From: Paraspadella gotoi
Taxonomy: Eukaryota > Animalia > Chaetognatha
Length of the DNA: 64,000 nucleotides
NCBI GenBank assembly: GCA_051294375.1
Contig: CM119268.1
Location: forward strand, 231,437 to 295,436
Direction of reading: 5' to 3'
The position numbers were made by a program, and so were the translations under genes. Of this stretch, positions 24,830 through 38,474 are shown piece by piece. Position 1 is the stretch's first letter. Each line of letters opens with the position of its first letter. Below the pieces are notes generated by a model that ran no database searches, was not told where the DNA came from, and saw only the letters and a list, made by a program, of their open reading frames with translations.

Positions 24830-27800
24830 ATGGGCTGGGGTTGGTCCAGCTGCTGGTTGCTGTTCGGAATCTTGATTTTTTTTCCCTGTTTTTTCTTTCG
24901 TGTTCGTATTATTTCTTTCTTTTTTTCTTGTATTTCTTCTTTCAAGATAATCATTTTTCTCCTTCTTATTTTTATCTCTGCACTTTTTTTTACTGTTTTC
25001 CCTTCAAAACAAGAATAACGTTATTGACTTTTTCTATTTTTGTGATACGCGATTATCGTTAACTTTCCATCACATTCAGCCCAAACAGAAATCACAACTT
25101 CCAAGGGAGGCGCGAAATTGTACAAAAGAGTTAAGGAATATGTAAAAAAGGGTTTCTTATATTATTGAAGCCGGAGATATCATCAATCATATAAAATTTT
25201 AAGAAGGCGCAACGAAAGGCAGAAGAGGGAAGGGGAGGATGGGTGATACACAACATATCTACGAATCTCGACCGGAGAAAGGACGAGAGAAGGGAGAACG
25301 TAAAGAATCATCGCGTACAAAAACTAAACGCCTGCAAAAAATAGTCTAAAAATTTGAGTGAGAACATCTTTCTAAAGAGTGGAATGGAGAGAAGGATTTT
25401 ATCGCCTAAAAAAAATATTTTTATTTACAAATTGGTTTTTTCTCCTTTTTTACTTTTTTTTAACTCATAACCTTCATCTCTCGTCTATCTGGCTCTCTAC
25501 TCCTCTCTCTCTCGCGTCTCGGGGAGGATCATATCATTAACCTTACTCTATATTGCACTAACAATCTACTGACCACATATCATCTCCCTAAGGTACTAAC
25601 CACTCACTTAATAACGCTTCGGCTGGATATGGTGGATACAATATGGTTGGAAATAACTCGATGGAATAAATGGGATATCGCAGTGCGATAAACGCAGAGG
25701 AGTAGACGGAGTGAATATCTTTATCTTTCGCAGATATACCTGACATATCCGATAGCGATTCCGATCCTGTTCGGATTCTAATCTTGGTGGTATGATCGTA
25801 TGATACCTAATGCATTTTTTTTTTTCCTCCTTTGACGCGTGTTGCGTCCTCTGTACGTGAAGTCCGCTACTGGATGGCCGAAGGTCGAAGAATTAGCGGA
25901 ATCGTCTTAGTCTTGTGTCAGATCCTCATTCGTCATCTTCGTTTGGGACGTTTTCCGCTTTCGTTTTTTGTTTTCTTTATCTCTGCTTCCATCTTTCGGG
26001 GAACACGTTAGATAAGGCGGATTCAGATTCGGCCACCTCCTGGTCTTGGCCCCCAGGGTGTCTCTCCACACATTTCTTCGTTGCATTCCAGGTACCCCCC
26101 GTCTCTGTCGCCTCTGTTCGCCTGCTCTGAGGGCCAGCCCCCCCTCCGTGTCGTCACACGCCTTTAAGACGATCTCCCAGAGCACTCCGTCCCTATCGGT
26201 CCGCTCAGTCCGGACCTGGCGGCTCGTCCAACCCGCCAGCCTCAATTCTCGTCGGTATCTTCCCGCCATCGGATAGAGTGCCACATACGTTGCTATCTTT
26301 TCCTTTGTATCATTCTCTCTGCGGCTCTTTTAGTCCAGAATCCTGGTTCTTTTTTTTTTTTTTTAGAACATCGTTGTGAGAAGCGAAAACGAGAAAAAAA
26401 ATTTAAAACGGAAAAAAATACAATTTGTGTCTTGAATCTGAACCGACTTCTGAACTAACATTTGTCATAACGTTCGTTATATTAAACATGAAAGAGAGCA
26501 TGCAATTAGCTTTGAGATATTATTTTAAAATATTTTCTTATCCCTCTATAGTATTTAAACATTTCTGCTCGCAAATAGAGGTTACGTTTAGAAAAAACAG
26601 CGAACAGAGATTAAACCGATTCGGGAATTAAGTAAGTTATGTTTAAAAAAAATCAGTTCATTATAACCCAAAAAAAAACGACCTTTAGAAGATACACGAG
26701 ACGGGAACGTTTTCGCGACGCATCTCCAAAACAAAATACGTTTGGAGAGGTGCTACCCTTAGGGGCAGACCGGAAAAAAAACAGGGACGACAGAGAAGAG
26801 AAGGTCGTCCATCGGGCAGGACGAAAAAAAAAAAGGGTCAAACTTTTTTAGCGGTTCCGAATGGCAGGTAACCGCGCGGGAAGGAGGGGCGGGTCGAGGG
26901 TCAGGAGTGCAAATTATCGTCGTGGATTGAGAGGAAGTAGCGAGGTCAAAGGCAAGGGTTCGATCGAGCAGCGATTCAAAGCTAAATGTTCCATCGTGGA
27001 TCAACGTGTTGATGTGGGTAACTTTGAGAATCAAATCGTATATATACGATTTTAAAATTTTATTAATATTAGTAATTAGTGAGGATAGACGCGAAGGAAA
27101 TTTGTTCTTCATTCGTTGACCAATCCAATTTAGTTTTCTCAACCTTTTTTACCTCAACTTTGGAGGCTTCAACGGAGATCCAGGTTTTTCCTCTGTTGCT
27201 AAGTTTAGAGACCAAAAGGTTCCTTCCTTCTTGGGCGAGACTTAATCAGTGTTTTTTACAGCTGGCAATGTTTTGCATTGGGTCGGACGAAAAAGGGCAG
27301 AGAGAGGATAGTATTGAGAGTGAGCAGACGGTGCTGTGGTTTGAAAAGGAAAAGGAAGGAAGGAAGAAAAAAGGAAAGGAGTAGCATGGTGGGTCGAGAT
27401 GGAAGAAATTTGGGCCGATGGAAGAACGGGAAGACGTTAAAAACTTCTTAAATGGATGAGGAAAAACAACAGAGTTGCACAGTCATTTCGTCATAAAGGC
27501 TGTTGAGCGCTCTCTCTCCTCTTCTCTCTCTCTCACTCTCTCTCTCTCTCTTTCTCTTTCTCTCTCTCTCTTCTCTGTTTCTCTCTAAGTTGATTTTCTC
27601 TAACAAAAGATCTACCGACCTCTGAAGGATAAGGAGTGCGAGAGAAGCAAAGATATTTGAGAACGATTGGACGACAATCGACGGACGGACGACAACGAAG
27701 ACGACGCAACCGCCACTAACTTTTTCGACAGAGAGGGAAAGAAATCGTTTTCAAACCGGCTTTAGGAACCGTAAGTCTGAACAAAAATAAATAAACCTAA

Positions 27801-29584
27801 CTAGAAATAGTTGATTTGATAATAACCAGTGCACTCGGTATGATTCGCCTGAGAGGCATTCCCAAAAAAAATATCGTTACCGAGGATTCGTCCCTCGCCG
27901 CCGTCCATATCGCATCTGCTTTATGATGACCTGCGCCAGTTCGCCGAGCGGTTCGTCGCTCCGGATTCGGAATGTTGTAGACGTTCCTTGGAAAAATCGG
28001 CAATAAAACTCATGGAGAAAGGGAGGCAACGAGAGAATGGCGACCGGCGAGACGGCGAAGATAAGACGAATCGATAGCACGACTCTCCTCTCTTTTACCG
28101 TTCGCGTGAAATGAATGTTGGCAGATTATTGTGATGTCGTCAGTGGTAGGCGCCCCGCGTCGATTGTTCGGTACAATGTGAAGATCACTTATTATTAGGA
28201 GTGTTGGAACTACGACGACGACGACGACGACGAGCGACTCGCGGACGATCGACGACGGTTGAGTAAGAAGAAGCAAAGAAGAGGAAAGTGAGACGTTAGA
28301 AGAGGACGACCCCCAAAGACGACGGACATAAGATAACGATCGACGACTTTTTTTTTTCCGAAACTTCGGCCCTTCATCTCTCCGTTCAGAGGGGTCACGA
28401 GTTCGAGTTGCGGGTTCTGTCCGTCCGAGGTTTTTTTTTTTTCGGCAGGGAGAGAGAGAGGGCGATTGGCGATGCGAGCCGGGCCGAAGATTGGCGTGAA
28501 TAAGTGTGATGGGCGAGCGGCTGAAGGAAGCGGCAGGAGGATTTAAAGAATGACTGGAGGATTTTTATCTTTGAGTTTGAATTAAATTGATTTAGAAGAT
28601 GAGAAGCAAAACTTGGGTTGATTAAAAAGAGCGGCGCTTGTGGTTTCGATGGTTCTGTACTGGCGCGTGCCAGATCGCATGCCATGCATGGAGAAGACAG
28701 ATACTAATCTTTGATAAGCATAATATCAATTATACACTATATATAATGTCTTGAAAGCGTGCGTTTCCTTTATAATATAAACCGTATAACATAGCTATAA
28801 AATAATTAATCAGTGAGGACCAAAATTTTGATCATATATTTTTTTCCTTCGAAAAATATTATTAGTTAGCAAGTGATCGGCGTTTGCTGATTGGCGAGCG
28901 AATCGTATGAAACCGTAACTAGAAGCAGTCTGCTGCCCGGCTGATGAGAGATGGTCTGGGGTGGCAACGGTGTGGAGTATATCTACCGGGTATAGGCAGT
29001 CGGCCTTGGATGGGGGCCAGATGCGGTCTTGTCGGATCGCCGGTTCTGCCCAGGAAGATTTTGAGCCAGGTGAGGCAATGCGCGAATTACTCTCGGCGCC
29101 ATCAGCCCGTAAGATCTCGTAGTTCGCCGCAGCCGTGACGACGTAACGTCGTTTACGGCGACAAGGTTGCGAAAACAACCGATGCCTCTTTCGTTCATGG
29201 GTGTGGGCCCAAGGGCTGGGGTCTCGATCAAGGACGGCAATGGATTGGCAGGCAGATTACAGGGATCTCCGTGGTATATGGTTCTTCGATGTCATGTTTG
29301 TTAACATTTTGGGAGTTCGTTTGTAGTGTGTTTTTAAGGATTTTTCTTTATTCAGGTTTATTTGCTTAATATTCTCAATTAATTCACAATGTTATACCAA
29401 AACTTACCAAGCTTAATGAGGGAGAATTCTCGGGTTTAACGCTCCTCTAAAAACTAAGCAGCTTTCCGGTCGTATTATTGGCAAACCATAGAGTCTCGTC
29501 TTGTAAAATCTTATACCAACACGGTAGGAATCCTACCGAACGTTAATCCCGTGACCCCTGACATCGATCATCTGATTCCCGGTG
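24830..29584 (-). mobile_element. Haplotype-specific ~4.8 kb insertion, possibly a CMC (CACTA/Chapaev-like) DNA transposon with cargo fragments; left end lost in a gap
   Basis: Absent from copy B. The right end reads 5'-CACCGGGAAT on the minus strand directly against a GA tract, with a subterminal palindrome cggtaggaatcctaccg (29522-29538). No transposase recognised. Confidence 0.4.
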
Positions 29585-30604
29585 CAGAGAGGAGACGAGA
29601 ATTTTAAGAGATATATTTTAAAAAAGTAAAAAGGAGAAAAACAAATTTTGTAAATTTAAAAATAATTCTTTGTACTCGTTTTAGAGATAAGATTCTGTCT
29701 TCGTTTCTGAGAAAGTTTATTCGTCAAATTTTTTGACATTTTTTGAGGCTCTGAGGTATTTTTTTGAGAATACCAAACGCTTGAATCTTATTTTACTACT
29801 ATCTCTTATACTCTTCTTTTTCTCTCTTTACTCATATCTTCTCTCTTATATATCTCCTACTTTCTATTCTCTGCTTCTTCCTTCTCTTCTTATCTCTCTC
29901 CTCTTTTCATTCTCTTCTCTATGACCACAAGGCTCTCTGCTACTCCTCGTAACGACTCTTTAACATCTCCTAACTGCTCTGCTCTTTCATTCTCTCTCTC
30001 TTCTCTCTACTCATCTCATCTCTTACGTGCCTCTGCTTCTTTCTGCTCTCCCTCTTGCTCTCTCTCTCTTTTCTTCTCTCTCATCTCTCTCTTCACTCAG
30101 TGCACTTTCTCTCTCCTCTTTCTCTCTCTCTTCTCTCTCTCTCTTCTCGTGCTTTCCTTCTCTCTCATCTCTCTATTCTCCTGCCTCTCATCTTCTCTCC
30201 ATCCATCATTCAAAGGTCTTCTCTTCTTCATCTCTCTTTCTGCTCAATCTCTCGTCACTCTCCTCTCTACCAACGGATGCCGGCGACACGAGATCGCCGC
30301 TTGACTGCGCAACCCTCTCTCTCTCAGATACATGAGAACTGAAAGAATAAAGAAATTAATATATGATCGAAAAAATAGTCGAATATAAAATCTGAGAGAA
30401 GAGAGGGAGATAGAGCGAGAGAGAGAAAGAGAGAGAGAGGAGAAAGCAACGGAGAGGAGAAAAGTCCTGAGAAAAGACTAAGAGAGAAAGAGAGAAAGAG
30501 CACCCAAGCGCGGCTGTGACGTGTCGCCCTCAGCTTATCAGCGAGTCCGAGTTGTCGGAAAAGCCGTCAAACTGTCAGAACATCCGTCGGGAGAGAGTTG
30601 ACCA

Positions 30605-30645
<41 letters not shown>

Positions 30646-30796
30646 TTTGACCAGAACAAACTCCCTGGTCACGGGATGATGGTCTTCAGCGTTGAAGAGA
30701 GAAAAGTAAAAAAAGGATGAAAAATGGGAAAAGAAAATAAAAAAGAAAATAAAAGAGAAAAAGAGAAAGAAAGAAAAAAAGGAAGTTGATTTAATT

Positions 30797-31232
30797 GTTT
30801 TGCGCCACATTGACTTTCACGTGTTTTTTTGGTTCTTGACATGACACACACTGCATCGGAATTCAATATTTTTATTTTATTTCTTAAAACAAAAGTTATA
30901 GCAAGCAGTCGCTAGGATTCCGAAATCACCAAAAAGCAGCTAATTTGAAACCGCGTTTAATTTCTGGTCACGTGATTGCTTTTTAAGTGATCACGTGACT
31001 TCACCTGTATAATGCATATGCACAACATGGGTCTTATTGTAACCAAATATGAACTAAATTGATGAAGTACTAACCAAGTTATTAGCATTTTGCAACCAAA
31101 GTAGGACAGACCAATGAATAGACATACCGACTTACAAACCAACCAACTGACTGACAGACCGACCGACCGACAGACAGACCGACCCCCAGGTATCTCGTAG
31201 AGTTCCTACGTGATTTCTCGTGGCGCAAGAAA
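30797..31232 (-). mobile_element. DINE-1/Helentron-like non-autonomous element (also at 24490-24804 and 59160-60192)
   Basis: Subterminal inverted repeats ttgcgccac and gtggcgcaa, (GACA/GACC)n microsatellite, T/A-run flanks. Confidence 0.55.
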
Positions 31233-34200
31233 AAACAAGAATGAGGATTTAAAACGCAATAACTTTTTTATTTGGAAAATTATAATATGTTTATATATAT
31301 TAAAAATATTATTGTTTTTTAACGAAAATAAATAAATATTAAGTGAAAAAAAAAATATGCATTGGCTTTTTAATTATTTGTCCATATTTATATAAAGTCA
31401 TATAATTTTAAAACCATAAAATATATGCAAAACAATTAGGTAATAACTAACAAAGAACTTAGTAATCAATCAATCAATTATCATATTTTTTTAAAACATC
31501 GTCTGGCTGCATTTTTATGAAATATGCAAACTAAAAAGATCATATAGATTTTTGTATTTTTAACTATAAGCTAAATTAATCCAGTATTATTTAAGTCTTG
31601 AGCCTCTAAGTTATAAGTATGATAGGCAAACAGATGGACCGACCGACTGAAAAGTGTCTGGAAGAGTCGCCGCGTAACTAAAAGAAGAATCGCGAAAAAA
31701 AACCTGAGTAGAAGGACAGGAAATCAATAACACCAAAGACATTTTCTACACATACATAGGTGGCGGGTGTTCCTAATACGAAGACGTGAGAGAACATAGG
31801 CTTGGCAAATGAAGACAGAGAAGAGAGAGAACGAGAGGAGAGAGAGAGAGACGAGAGAAGAGAGAGGAGAGATTAGTTTTATATTACAAAATGAATTGAC
31901 GAAAAGAAAAATATAATACAGTGGTTGTCCCAATTGGATATGCAACTGTCGGGTTTAACTTTTTACGATTTATTGTGGCGGAACTTGTGTTATTAAATGT
32001 TTATTTCTGCGATGATAAACAATGTCAAAGATAAGTTCTTACATTTAAGATACTTTACTTTGAATTCAATTTTTATCAATTTTTCTTTTCAAAACATTCA
32101 ATTTAAATGAGTCCTCATTGCTCACTTTTTTAATTTTTAGATAATTTGTGTTATTTTAAAATACATTTTAATAAAAAAAATTACATAAAAAATATTTAAA
32201 ATAGATATAAATTATTTAAATTTTAATTTGTATAAAATAAGTGCATTAATAAAAACAAAAAAAAAACAACTATTAAAAAATGAAAAAAATTGATAAAAAT
32301 ATGCCAATTAATTTGATATTTAAATTTTATTATTTGAAATTGTGAGCGATTGAATTATTAAGCCAGAACAAAAGGGTTGCTATTTATTCAATAATTTATT
32401 ATTAAATAAATTCAAAAATTATTCAATAATGATTACTGCATTAAAAAAGCTCTGAAGCTAAAAATATGAGGTACCCTTTTTACCAATTGCTTTATGTCAT
32501 AACTACAGGAGTATGACTTGTTCAATTTTTAAAATTTAAGTATCCTTTAAAATGGTCCATACTTGTGCGCATATTCATTGTAATGAATAAAAGTTTTTCG
32601 ATCTGGTATTGGAGCAGTAAGCTTTTCTTAACAGACAGTACCATTAGGACACACTTTATATCTTTAAATTTAAAAACAATTATGGCCAGCTTTACTTTAA
32701 AAAAGACATCGATATAAATATGTAACAATACAATANNNNNNNNNNNNNNNNNNNNNNNNNTCGATGACCTTCAAGTGCATCGGGCTTTATGGGCGTAATT
32801 GATTTGATCTTTCCAGAATCACCAACTAAAGCTGCTGGCCTGTGATGGTTCTGAAAACCTTTATCGTTCTGTCCGCTCGGCTTAGCCCGGTAATGGCGTT
32901 CATACTTGCAACCAGTTTGGCTTGTGTTTGTCTTCGTCAAGCATTACGATGTTGATGCGGTCATCTCGCCAGCATCTCGAGCTATGATGACCGAGGGTCC
33001 AGTCTTTTTGCTGGATATCTGTGCGAATGAAGTATCTGCATCTTTCGTTTTGGTTTTTCCGTAAAGTTTCTCCATATTTCTTTTTCTTTTTTCAAAGCTT
33101 TGTTCTTGTAACTCAAAAATCTAGTTCTGAGACTTTAGTTTCCTGTTTCTAGAATTTGCGCCATCAGGTGAGTGTTGGGCGTGGCAGTGATTAGGTCAAG
33201 GTGTGTTGGAGTCTCGCTGTCCCCAGCTGGGTTTTCGGCATATCCAGGTTCGTATTGCCCTCTACGTCAAAACCAGCGGGAAAAGGGAGTATCCAAGGGT
33301 GTGATTTTGACCTTGTTCAGTGAAGCGGGTGAGGAAGCGGCTGGGTTGTCCTCGCTGTCTTCCACCAGCACAACTTCTTTGGTTGGCACTCCTGTTTTAT
33401 ATCTCCGTATCCATCGGAGGACGTTTGTGGGAAGTAATTGCTGCTTATCGTGTTGGAGGTCCATGACTCTTTTGAAAGTATGAGAGCCGTTACAAGGTGA
33501 CTCTCCGGCCGCCACGTGTAGCCTTTGTACTTCCTCACCTCATGTTGAATGCCAGCGTCTCGAGGATGTTAATGTGTTGATTCGATATTCTTCGGGGAAG
33601 GATTTCGAGTGAAAGGAAAGATGGGTTACTCTATTCCATCAGCTGTGGCTGTGATCAGCCGCCCATTGCTGTGGAGCTTGCATCAGCATAAATCCTGTAA
33701 GAGCCTTGCCTGATTCTTTGATCATTGAGAAAATTGAGCCCGTGAGGTTTTGATCCTCAATGAGAAGTGGAGCATTCTTTGTGGCTTTCAGTTAATTTGA
33801 AATCCTTTTTGTCCAGCAAATGTGAGAGCATGTAAAGGTTGTGCTATATACGAAAATCTGTGTGTGAAACATCTGTAATAGTTTGTGAGGCACATAGCCC
33901 TCAGGTCTTTCTGAGTCTTTATGTTTTTGAGTTGATTTCCGCCAGCCTCGAGTTTTTCCCTTTGGGGGAAGGAGCTTGCTGTTGGAAATGCTGAAGGCCG
34001 AGGATCTTTGATATCCTCTTTCCGAGAAGTAGTACACTCTTCGTCCATTTGAGCACAACATTTTCATCTCTGCATTTTGAAGCAGCTCACGTAATCTTTC
34101 AGGCCATGTCTTCCGCCGATTTGGCGGTAAGGATTAAGTCATCCACGTAGAACTAAGAAACTCTTTACGTCTTTTCAAGATCTTTGAAAATCTCATCGAG

Positions 34201-37200
34201 AATAGCTTTGCAGAACATTTACACTATTTACACCTCCCATTGGGAGCTTGTTCATCCACCAGTTATATGACCAGCTCCGGCGAAGGTGGTGACGCGCTTG
34301 CATCTTTCCGTGAGGTTTACCTGATGGAAGCAGGCTAATATATCCAGTGAGCATTGGAGTTCATGAGGTTTTATATTGTTCAAGGATCGAAGTTATTGTT
34401 TGTGGTTCCGTTGCGTAAGTGGAGATATTGTTATTGACAGCGATAAGTCGCATATCAGTCTCCACTGTTTTGCAAATGTTTCATCGGACATTTCATCTTG
34501 TCCCTCGCGATGTGGCCTGGTTTCTTATTAGAAAGGCGTTCGAGTATGCTTCATTTCTTGTTCTGGAAACGATTCCGGCATTCTCATACACTTCGAGGGT
34601 AACGTTTTAAAGCTGCCTTCTTGACTGGTCCTTGATTTACAAAACGTGGTTTGGGGAGATCCTCCTCAGTAAACGCAAGGTCGACCTCTGTAATTAAAGA
34701 ATCCTCTTCAGTCTTATGTTTCGCGAAAACATGCTCTGAATTCCCAGACGACCTTCCATAGCCAGTGGAGCTTTTTCGGCTGGCGAAGCGGATCAACGTC
34801 CTTGAATGGTTTAGAAAACGCCTCTTTTCCTCTTTGCGTCCACTGTTTTTCTTTTCGGCTTGGCCAGCCTTTCTTACCGCTTCTAGTTCTTCTTCGGTGG
34901 GTTTGTGATTGAACAATGGTTGTTGGCGGATATTCTCCTTTCTCACCTTCTGAAGGTGTGGTTTCTCTCCGCTAAGATCAGCTTTGGACCGGTTCGACGG
35001 CGTTGTCAGTCTCTAGACCAAGTTCTGATTTTGCCTCGGTTGTTATTAGGGGGAAGGCATAGCCCCATTTTCCTGGGTTGGCCTTTACCTCGACGCCATC
35101 TCTGAGGTCGTCCCCATTCACTATGTGGAATGTTTTCACCGTTTTGATGATTGTATTATCCATCTTGAGCTGGCTAACGTTTCCAATAAGTGCCGGTCAG
35201 CAGTTAACCTCATTTGACCATCTTCTCCTTTTTGAACGTGGAGTGGGAGCTCAATTTGGGTCGTCGATATTTCTTCTAGCCATCCATCTGGCTGCTTTGA
35301 GTGCCTCGTGCTTGTCTTGAAAGAGATGAGTGATGGGTTTTCCATCCATCGACGCCATCTGTAGATCATCTCTTGTTATTGATGGTTGTACCACCCACAT
35401 TTGGTTGGGTGGGCCAGGGTTGGTTAATTGCCGTGCCGATAATGATGTCCTGGTCGTTTTCATCAGCTGAGATATAAAAACACTGTTTTCAAGATCCAGG
35501 TTTGGAACATTATCCTAACATTTATCCTCTCAGTCAATATGATGGTCCCGAGTTGCTGTTCGAGAGCTTTAACGCTTTCCCGTGATAAATTTGAGTGCTA
35601 AACCCCATTTTTCGACAAATTTCCTTGGATAGTGTTTATAGAGGCCCCTGCTATCTATAAGCAGCTTGCTGGGGGCACCACTAATGACGACGGGGATGTA
35701 ACTGTTTTTCCAGCGTGTAACGCATTTCCGGTGTCGTCACGTGGCGCCGGGCCTTTTGGTCTCAGTGATGACCCTTGCACTCACCTTAGTTGGCAAGGAG
35801 GTAATTTCTTTCTCATTCTTTCGTTGTTTCGATGGTCGGTTGAGGCGGGAGGGAAATTTTCTGGTTCGTGAATTTCAGTTTCTATCTCTAATAGTGGCCT
35901 GATGAAGGGATTCTCCATTAAACTCGCCTTTTGATAATGTTATATGTCGGTAGTTGACAGGTCCGCCTGTAGGCTTTAATCTCCTGAGCCCAAGCGCTCG
36001 CATCGCCTTGAGGGGTTTGGCCTTTTGTTGGTTGAATCGGAGGAGGAGCAGGAGCTGGAGGATGGAGTTGAAAAGAAGGAGGAGGAGGAGTAGTATCGTT
36101 TTTTATTTCTTTCCGTTCCGCCCTTCTGGCTAGCTTGGCGCAGCTTTAGATCGGTTAATTCTGCCCTCTTTTCCCTTCACTGGATTCGTTTCCAGTTTCT
36201 CCAGCCCATTTGATGAATCATTTTGTTTATTACTATCAGTTCATCTCGCGTTGAGTACTTGAGCAACTTATGCATTTCTCGCTGATGTTGACCTTCCTTT
36301 GAAGCTATTTGCAATTTCTGCCAAGCCTTTTAATTCTAAGTACATCTCGTCTATTTTCGATGAAGGCTTCCTTTGAGCTTATCTCTTTGCCAGTCTTTGA
36401 TAAGCTTGCTTTAGTTGGCTTTGGTTTCTTTCTGTCTTTCTCTTTCTCTGGTCAACGTACGACGGGGTAGTACATTTTCTTTATTAACAGTTGAAAGTAT
36501 CATCATCAGTGAATCAATATCTAAATCTTCATTTACAAAAACAACATCCGTCTTTTTCCGAATTTCGAGATCTCTTCCCTCTTTTATCATCGTCGCGCCA
36601 ACCTCGGCCGCCTTTATAGTTTTTTCCAGGTTCCCTTGAGTTGGGGCCTTTCTCGAAGCACTTTGTTTCTCCACGCTGGCGGTCGTCGTAGTGGCGGTCG
36701 TCTTGGCGGCGGTCCTGTAGCGCGGTCATCGCGGTCATTGTTAGCGGCGGTCATCGCGGCGTCGTTCGCCGTGTGTCATCCTTGAAACGAGTCGGTTTTT
36801 CGATTTGGCGCCGCATTTCCCTGATAGATTCAGTTTACGTTATTTAATTCTTGGAGCATGGTTCCTTGATAAAAGGCTGTTGGCGCTAGCTGTTGGGTCC
36901 TGGTCGGTGAGGCCCTTGGTGACAAGGGCACTGACCAATTTCTCTTTATCCTCTCCAGAAACCGTTGTTGACTGTTTTCCTTATCCTTTTCGGTTTCGGG
37001 CGCCGCTTGTCAGGTAACCTTTTAACCTGTATTCGATCTCTCGTCCAAGGTCGAGATATTTGTTGACGTTATAAACAAATAAGTCCATTCCAGAGTTTTG
37101 CGTCGTTTATTCCATGCATATAAGGTTCAAGGCTTTCACGAGGCAGTCTGCGCGTCATAATCTGGAATAGACGCTTTATCTTTCTCACGAACATTTTCAT

Positions 37201-37486
37201 AATTTTCGAGCGCTTCATTTACCGAGGGCGACTCCGTATCTGCGAGTGGATCGACGGAGTCGACGGAGAGCGTTGCCAACTTATCTGCTTCAGCTATCGA
37301 CAAGGAGGAGGCTTCAAAAATTGCGCGTAGTTCCGAGCCAGCGGCTGTTGTTGATTTTCAATTGTAAATCTCGTCGCTTACTTGTCTTGGGCAAGGATGG
37401 CTCGGAGCTGCTCGTCAATCTTGTTGGGCGACGCCGTGGAATTTCTGTAGGCTTGATAAAAGTTTCGGAGATATTGCTCCGGGGTT

Positions 37487-38098
37487 TCATCTTTTCCTCT
37501 TTTTTCCAATTTGATTTGGGCGTTCACTGGAGGTATAGCTTGGCGGCTCACTGGCGCCGCCTTCCGATCTGACGTCGTCGTGAGGTCTGACCTTGAAATT
37601 GCGTTGAATAGGCATCTCAATCGTGTTGATTGGGACCGGAAGCGTGGGGTAGATCGATCGACGCCTGGTGGAGCGCTTTGGCCTTGTGACGCCTCTTCGA
37701 TGTTGTATACCCAGTCTGACGAGGATGGCGTCCAGTTTTGGAGCCACCTCCACCATGTTTTTGTCCATGGAATTTATTTTTGAGTCCATGGCGTGAAGTT
37801 CTTTGGTGATCGAATCTATTTTATTTTGATTCTTTATATTTGCTTCGTTGACGATTTGCATGATCTGTTTTGCGATGACTCCTTCTTTTGCTGGTGAGTC
37901 TGCAGTGCTTGCCAATTCGGGCGGCATCTCGAACGTACGGATTAAGTCGTCGTCTTCCACCACTGCTACCGTCATCGTCGTGGAACAACTTTGGCGTTGT
38001 TTTGTTTGGATCCCGCCATTCCGTCCAATTTCCTTTTGGCGCTGGATTGCCGGTGGAGGTTTTCCGGCGGAGGTGGAAGCTGGGGGCATAGGATCCAT
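37487..38098 (-). CDS. N-terminal part of the gag-like ORF of the Gypsy-like element (coiled coil; YPTL and PPSY motifs)
   Basis: First ORF after the PBS (203 aa), continuing through frameshifts into a capsid-like stretch ETPEQYLRNFYQAY. Confidence 0.6.
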   Translation of the reverse strand: MDPMPPASTSAGKPPPAIQRQKEIGRNGGIQTKQRQSCSTTMTVAVVEDDDLIRTFEMPPELASTADSPAKEGVIAKQIMQIVNEANIKNQNKIDSITKELHAMDSKINSMDKNMVEVAPKLDAILVRLGIQHRRGVTRPKRSTRRRSIYPTLPVPINTIEMPIQRNFKVRPHDDVRSEGGASEPPSYTSSERPNQIGKKRKR

Positions 38099-38171
38099 TT
38101 GGGGGTGGCGTGGTCGTTGTTGGCTTTTCGGAGGAGTGGTGAGTCTTGCCCAGAAGTCGCTGTCACCACAT

Positions 38172-38474
38172 TTAAGGAAAAACTCATGGGTTTTTGGTGA
38201 ATACTAAAACGAGATTTTATTCTGAGAATAAAATAGTGACGGTGAGACAGCAGCGCAGGAGTCCAGATCAATTCTCCTGAAACTAAGGAAGCTAGTCTAT
38301 TTATATCTAGAGAAGAGGATCAGAGGCAAGGGGTATTTTTATCAAATCCATTGTTTCTGGCAAGCTGATTGGTCGATTCCGGATTCCGGCCTCACAATCA
38401 TGATTCAATTCTGTGGGATTCAACGTGCTTTGATCCGATTTGCTTTTTGGTTGGTCTTGATTCTCCTGCGTATG
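38172..38474 (-). promoter_or_regulatory. 5' LTR of the Gypsy-like element
   Basis: On the minus strand, in order: CCAAT (38368-38372), TATAAATAG (38297-38305), AATAAA (38216-38221), then the PBS. Outer boundary uncertain. Confidence 0.6.

Larger units (their letters stand above)
32761..38474 (-). mobile_element. Ty3/Gypsy-like LTR retrotransposon (5' LTR-PBS-gag-PR-RT-RNase H-start of integrase), heavily frameshifted, 3' end lost at an N gap
   Basis: Protease LIDS(x)GASINT (~35635-35662); RT SLDILACFHQV (~34320-34352), KLPMG and FYVDDL (34138-34152); RNase H YADASSTAMG (~33661-33690) and HINILETLA (~33551-33577); PBS TGGTGACAGCG at 38158-38168. Confidence 0.85.

Noticed and set aside
32761-35700. 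Integrase-less pararetrovirus-like or DIRS-like element
   Set aside because: An LTR, PBS and protease are present, and the sequence just before the gap resembles the start of an integrase zinc-binding region. The missing remainder is explained by truncation at the gap.
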